DNA from: Octopus bimaculoides
Taxonomy: Eukaryota
Length of the DNA: 64,000 nt
Reading direction: 5' to 3'
Assembly: GCF_001194135.2 (NCBI RefSeq)
Contig: NC_068982.1
Location: 64,745,377-64,809,376 of the forward strand
A model generated the notes under the pieces. The model searched no databases and was not told the origin of the DNA. It saw only the letters and a program-made list of their open reading frames with translations. Within the stretch, counting starts at the first letter, position 1; every line of letters begins with the position of its first letter. The position numbers were made by a program, and so were the translations under genes. Positions 34,893-64,000 of the stretch are shown here, piece by piece.

Positions 34893-37201
34893 ACTTTAAT
34901 TTGGTTTATCTCTTAAGTCAAATACACTCTTATTTCCTTAGAAGCCAGGGTTAACTTTTTGATTTAGTGTTAAGCTCATAGATATTTTGAACAGTTTAAA
35001 TAATCAAGTTGAGGGTGGCATTTGGTGTAATTGGGTTTGGTTAGTGATTTTTTTTTTTATATTGAATAATTTAAAGATTAATCTTGGTTGTGATTCTCTA
35101 TGGTAATTATGAAAGGATTCAATTTTTTTCTCCCCTATATAGTTGTGTAACTAGGTCCAGTTAATCAAATTCTTTGTTTTTAGACTATGGCTTCCTTTTC
35201 TATCTAAAGCTAACAGATTAAAATAGTGTTAATTAACTGTGAACAGACTAAGTATTGGCTAGTGCTCCTGTTTTTCTAATTGTAACTCTTGATTATTAGT
35301 TGAAGTAATGTTGATATCAGTATAGGGGGTATGGCAGGAAAGCAGTGATTCAAGGTTCAGATGAGAAAGTTGTAATAGTCTTGTTTTGTCTTAGAATACT
35401 CAAGTTATAGATACAAACATCCAGCCTCCTAAGAATTAGCTTTTAATATTAACCTTTTGTGTCTTCATCTGTTGACTTTATAGTCTTGCTGTGGATTGAA
35501 ACTCGGGGAATAGGGCCATTTCCACCTTTTACATTCACCACCAAATGCCATCAGTCATTGTTCATTAGCAATCAGTGTACTGTGATATTATTGATCACTG
35601 GTCTGTTTATTCCAAAGCATTACAATTTGTAATTGACATAATTACAAGTTTTTAAGGTTAGTGATCCCTCAAAAGAAAACCAAAAACACTCTTTAAATGT
35701 GCGGTAACCATGTATTTATGGTGTAATGCAGCCCCTTATATTGTGTATTTGAGTGTGTATATATATACATACACCAAGGAATATTAATTCCTATTATCTT
35801 TCCATTAAACTATTTAAGCAACTCTTAAAGAGTTGTCAGCTTTGACTATCTCAGGAAATGTTTCTGTATACTTCAAATGCTAAGTTGTCTTGTAGGTTGA
35901 AAGATGAATTTGTCCATTGCTGTGTGGGTCGTGTCAAGTGTTTCTTGCAAATTTTTATATTTTAGTAACTCTTAAGATGGTAACATAGTATCAAAAACAA
36001 TATCTCAAGAGAACTTTGTCAGAAATGGCTTTAAGTTGTCCAACTTGCCAATATTTACTGCTGATATTGTCTTTTAACCAGTCAGGTAATAATATTGAAT
36101 TCAACCAAGCAAATACTGTTGAAAAGATAAGCCTAGACTTTAACTTTTCAATTATGCATTTATTTGTAATTTCTTTTTTTCCTCAACTACTTTGGTATAT
36201 CTGACCGGGCTCAGCAACAATTGCTGCTGAAATCATTTGTCTATTCAACTAAGAGAAAACCAGAAAATATAGCCAGGCTACAAGCCTGGTCATCTGAAGT
36301 AATGCTAGGAATCAAATCCTTTATACTATTTGTCTCTTGTTGGCCAAAATATGCTCTCACTAATTTACTATTGTGTGTACTTGGAACACATCTGCAGACA
36401 GAATATTTTCGGCTTGGATTTTAAGAGAGAGAAAATAAAGTCGTTATTATATAATTTTAATAAACTTTCAATCTTATCTTTTCTTTTTTTGCTTTGCTTT
36501 TTGTTATTGAATAGAATGTTTAATGCAAAAATATGCCCCTCTACAAGTTGAACATTCCCTAAATGGTTATTACAACTGTTTTAGATTCCCAAAATGTAAA
36601 ATAAATCTACTGACCAGTGAAAACAACAAAATTGCACCAAAATCTTAATAGGCAACCAGGCAGTCTGAAGTGGATGTTAATACTATTGCAATATGTATTT
36701 GCAGAATACAAAAATCTATGCATCTCATTCGCAAAACAAATTTTATGTAAATTTCAAATTACAACCTTACTTATTAAAAACAGTTCACATACACACTAAC
36801 TATCAAATCAATTTCCTCAATGATTTATTAGGATGTAGTCCTTGATAAGAGTAGAACATCTCTGAAATAGGACTAACCTGGAATTAAAGAATAAATTTAC
36901 CTCAACTACAAACTTCTCGATCCTTTCTCTTCAGAACTGGAACTATTTACATTTTATCTAGACAAAGGCTTGCAAAATTTCAAGCTGAATATGAACCACA
37001 ATAACCGACAGGTTATGGACACTGTCCCTCTTTCTTAATGAAAATATCTCAAGAGTATTTCGTAATTAGTATTAGTGTGATCTTACCTGAAGTGGAAGTA
37101 ATCTACACTTGCCAACTGAAAGGAACATTAACAATTCAGGAGTAATGATTGTTTTTTACAACTATTACACATCAAATAGTTAGAAATGAATCATTTTGAA
37201 A

Positions 37202-37246
37202 TTTTTTTTTTTTTTTTTTTTTATAAAAAAAGCTTTTCCTTTTATT
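37202..37246 (-). terminator. Candidate KDM1A polyadenylation site
   Basis: AATAAA on the minus strand (37246-37241), about 1.1 kb after the stop, followed 18 nt later by a genomic A21 run. Further AATAAA at 36829-36824 and 36164-36159. Confidence 0.4.
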
Positions 37247-38322
37247 CAGCAAAATTGGAAAAATGAAATCCATCAGAAAATAAAAATTTCACTGATAGGG
37301 AGTTGATTATAGACAACAAAGTTTACAATATGCCAATGGGCTGGTCCTGTCTCACAACTGATATGGAAACTATAATTAGATGACATAATTCAAAATAATG
37401 TCAAGGTTTTTAGGTGAGATGGATGGATAAATAAATAAAATTTATGCGGAGAAAGAAGTGCTGAATTGCTGTTGCAGTCTTTTCTCCAAATTCAGCTTCC
37501 TGAGGTGCAGACAACAACAAGCTTCCTGAGTTTCAGACAATAACAACATTGTTAGGAATGAAATAGAGATTTCAAATTACTAGAATTCAATCTAGCAATG
37601 GATTTCAGATTGAGTAAAATGAAATATGATGGAATTAAGACATTCTTTGTATATATACATCATCACCATACATATAACTTTAAATCAGAAATTTCATTCC
37701 AAGTAATGATTTCCACTACAATCAACAGCTGGTATTTTTCCCCTTTAAACTCAGTTTATGCAGGGCTTAGAAAAACTGAATTCAAATCTGAAAACAAAAG
37801 TAAACACATGCATACACACAGATGAAGTAAATGACACCATAAAATGATCCAGTGGGAGTTATGGATGACTGATTGCAAATGATAAAGTATTAGTGACAAT
37901 ACAAATCAGGTCTCCTTAAAAAGGTTGCACATGGTTTGCTAATTATGGAAACCATCTATGGGATGAGACAAAATTTGTGAAGATTACTGAAGAAATTATT
38001 GGATTAAATTTTCAAACCCAAACTATCCATTTAAAACAAATTTACATTCAAGCTTCTTCTGTTCAGGTAAACTGGGCTGGTGATAATGGTTATCTAAATT
38101 AACAAAAATACAAATTCCTGCTTTTTTATAAAAAAAAAAAAAAAAAAGACAAACATGTGAGTCTTCAAAGATTAAAAAAAAATTATGTTTAGACATTTAC
38201 ATTTGTGGAGTGAAGATATGAATATGAAAATGTAAAGTTTAGCAAACATGGATCAGTATACATCCTTTTTACTTTCTTTATAGAGTAACTGTTGTTTGAT
38301 TTTTTTTTAAAGAACATGGAGT

Positions 38323-62002
<23,680 letters not shown>

Positions 62003-63234
62003 CTGAATAAATAAAATATTAAATAAGATTCTGAAGTAAGAAAGAAAAAATAATTGATGATTCCAATCAAATTTATTGAATACAAATAATTTCCAAGTTA
62101 AAAACTCATTGCCTGCAAGCATTGGTGAAAGTACTGTGATAATGTAACCATAGCAACCAATGAGGAAGTCACTATTTAATTATAGAATTTCTAATTAAAA
62201 AAATAAACTTATTTCATATAACTGAAGTGTGAATTATCATAGCAACTTAACCCCCCCACCCCCACCCTCCCATCTCACACACACTATATATATACTGCAA
62301 GGCAATACAATATAAATATTTCAAAGCACAAAATTGTTTTATCTATAATTAACTTTTTTTTTTTATCTATTTTGTTTACATTTCACTGAAGAAAAAAAAA
62401 AGAATAATATTGATTTCATTGGTTAAAAAAAAATTGCTTCTATTTTTAACAACTAAATATTGTTGGCAAGTCAGAGAAAAGTGACTTTATACTTTCCACA
62501 TGAATTATTGCTTCAAAAACTAGGTTATGCCAATTAAAATGTGTAGAGAAAAAATAAATAACAGAACACTGTAATAAATAACATCACAATCTGAACTTAC
62601 TATTGTAGGGTGGTTCTATCTGAGGTAGGCAATTTTCAACAGTGATTTGTAATTTAGGATTTTCCAACCACAACTGGAGCTGCAAAGACATGAGGCATTT
62701 ATTTCAAGATATATTGGTGAAAATTCTCACTTAAATGGCAATTAGTAAAGGGAAGTGTGTGTGAGGAGGGGAATCTTAAGTAGTAATATTAATTGGTTAA
62801 GGTTATGATTATACAAAAAATTTAAGAGCAATTATTTCTTCCTCTCACCCAAAAATTACTATTCAAAAAAAAAAAAATACAAAACTATTCTAAAACTAAC
62901 ATTAATCAATACTCACCAAGGATTTCATAAATTCAAATACACATTATTTAGATCATCAACTATGTAAGTTTATCAAAACACAAATATGTAAAGCCTAAAT
63001 TGTTATTTCTGTATTTCATCATAATCATAGTTTTAACAACCATTTTTCCATACTTGCATGGTTTGGACAGAATTTGGACGAGGCAGATTTTCTATGGCTG
63101 GATGTCCTCTCTGTTACCAAACTCTCACCTGTTTCCAAGCAAGAAAATATTTCCCCATTATCAGACATGTTCACAAAAAATTGGAAATGAAGGACACAGC
63201 TTGCATGAAGGCAGTGTTCATTTACAACAATCAC

Positions 63235-63393
63235 AGCTTCTTTCAGTTTCTGTCTACCAAATCCATTCATAAGGATTTGATCAGCCTAGGGCTTTAGTAG
63301 AAGATACTTGCATAAAGTACCACACAGTGGGACTAAACCCAAAACCATGTGGTTGGGAAGCAAACTTCTTACCACACAACCACGCCTGCACCT
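63235..63393 (-). mobile_element. Family C SINE 5' part
   Basis: GGTGCAGGCGTGGTTGTGTGGTAAGAAG head. Confidence 0.75.
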
Positions 63394-63866
63394 ATGAAAA
63401 TAATAAATGTTCATTAAAGTCCATTTAAAAAATTAAATCTTTCGTAAGTATTATTTAATATTCACACACACATTTTAGACCTACTTAGTCTTCTATATTG
63501 GAATATTCAACTTGAAACAACACAAGCCAAATTAAGAAGGCTATGTCCCAACTGACTCTTTGAATTATGCCTGAAGATGGTAAAATTGCATAAGATGTAA
63601 CCTTTTACGACTAGATTGTATAAAGTTCAACCGAAACAGTTGTTGCAAGTTTGGATACCATTTGCATATCACACCAAGAATCCTCCAGTGAGTCAGATCA
63701 TTGGTTATTAATTGGATTTGGTACTTACATAACTACAGTATCCTGTCAGCATTTGATGTCTTAATGCTGTTATTTCACTGTCAACTCTATGTGATTATGC
63801 CTAGCCAATTTCTGGTGTCTTACATGTTGATGTACCTCAATTCTTAATGAATCCTTATAACTGAAG

Positions 63867-63909
<43 letters not shown>

Positions 63910-64000
63910 ACAAGCATACATGTATGTGTATGTGTATATGCACACCATGATTATCATTTTATGGCCACTTTCCATGCTGACATGGGCTGGAGGACCATGT

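Noticed and set aside
62911-62960. GTGAGT donor (and GTAAGT near 63725) as the next upstream KDM1A exon
   Set aside because: Translations do not resemble the SWIRM segment and do not supply the required phase-1 A; the real exon is outside the window.

Overview
AT-rich, repeat-dense animal genomic DNA with four N gaps. The repeat landscape (RTE LINE fragments with (GAT)n tails, tRNA-derived SINEs with internal (TA/TG)n tracts) suggests an octopus or other coleoid cephalopod; this is an inference. Two spliced genes converge tail to tail. Akirin is complete on the + strand (4 coding exons, 10918-34469, 178 aa, 20.85 kb first intron). KDM1A/LSD1 is on the - strand with its last 14 coding exons (62002 to the stop at 38323, about 612 aa); its 5' exons lie beyond the window. 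All listed exons have GT-AG boundaries and matching phases. The rest is mostly mobile DNA: RTE and CR1-like LINE fragments, at least three SINE families, a Tc1, a mariner, a hAT-like element, a non-autonomous Helitron, an LTR-like element and several fold-back elements. The most notable observations are: (1) a 311-bp spacer-less palindrome carrying a decayed minimal hammerhead ribozyme in each polarity; (2) a stop-free, in-frame last intron of akirin whose retention would replace the SYIS tail with a hydrophobic one; (3) Gly at the position of human LSD1 Asp557; (4) near-identical inverted retroelement tails within pre-mRNAs, which are candidate ADAR substrates; (5) an LTR-like promoter antisense to KDM1A; (6) a 5'-inverted RTE insertion; (7) a PHD finger inside the RTE ORF. 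Most repeat boundaries are approximate (read by eye).
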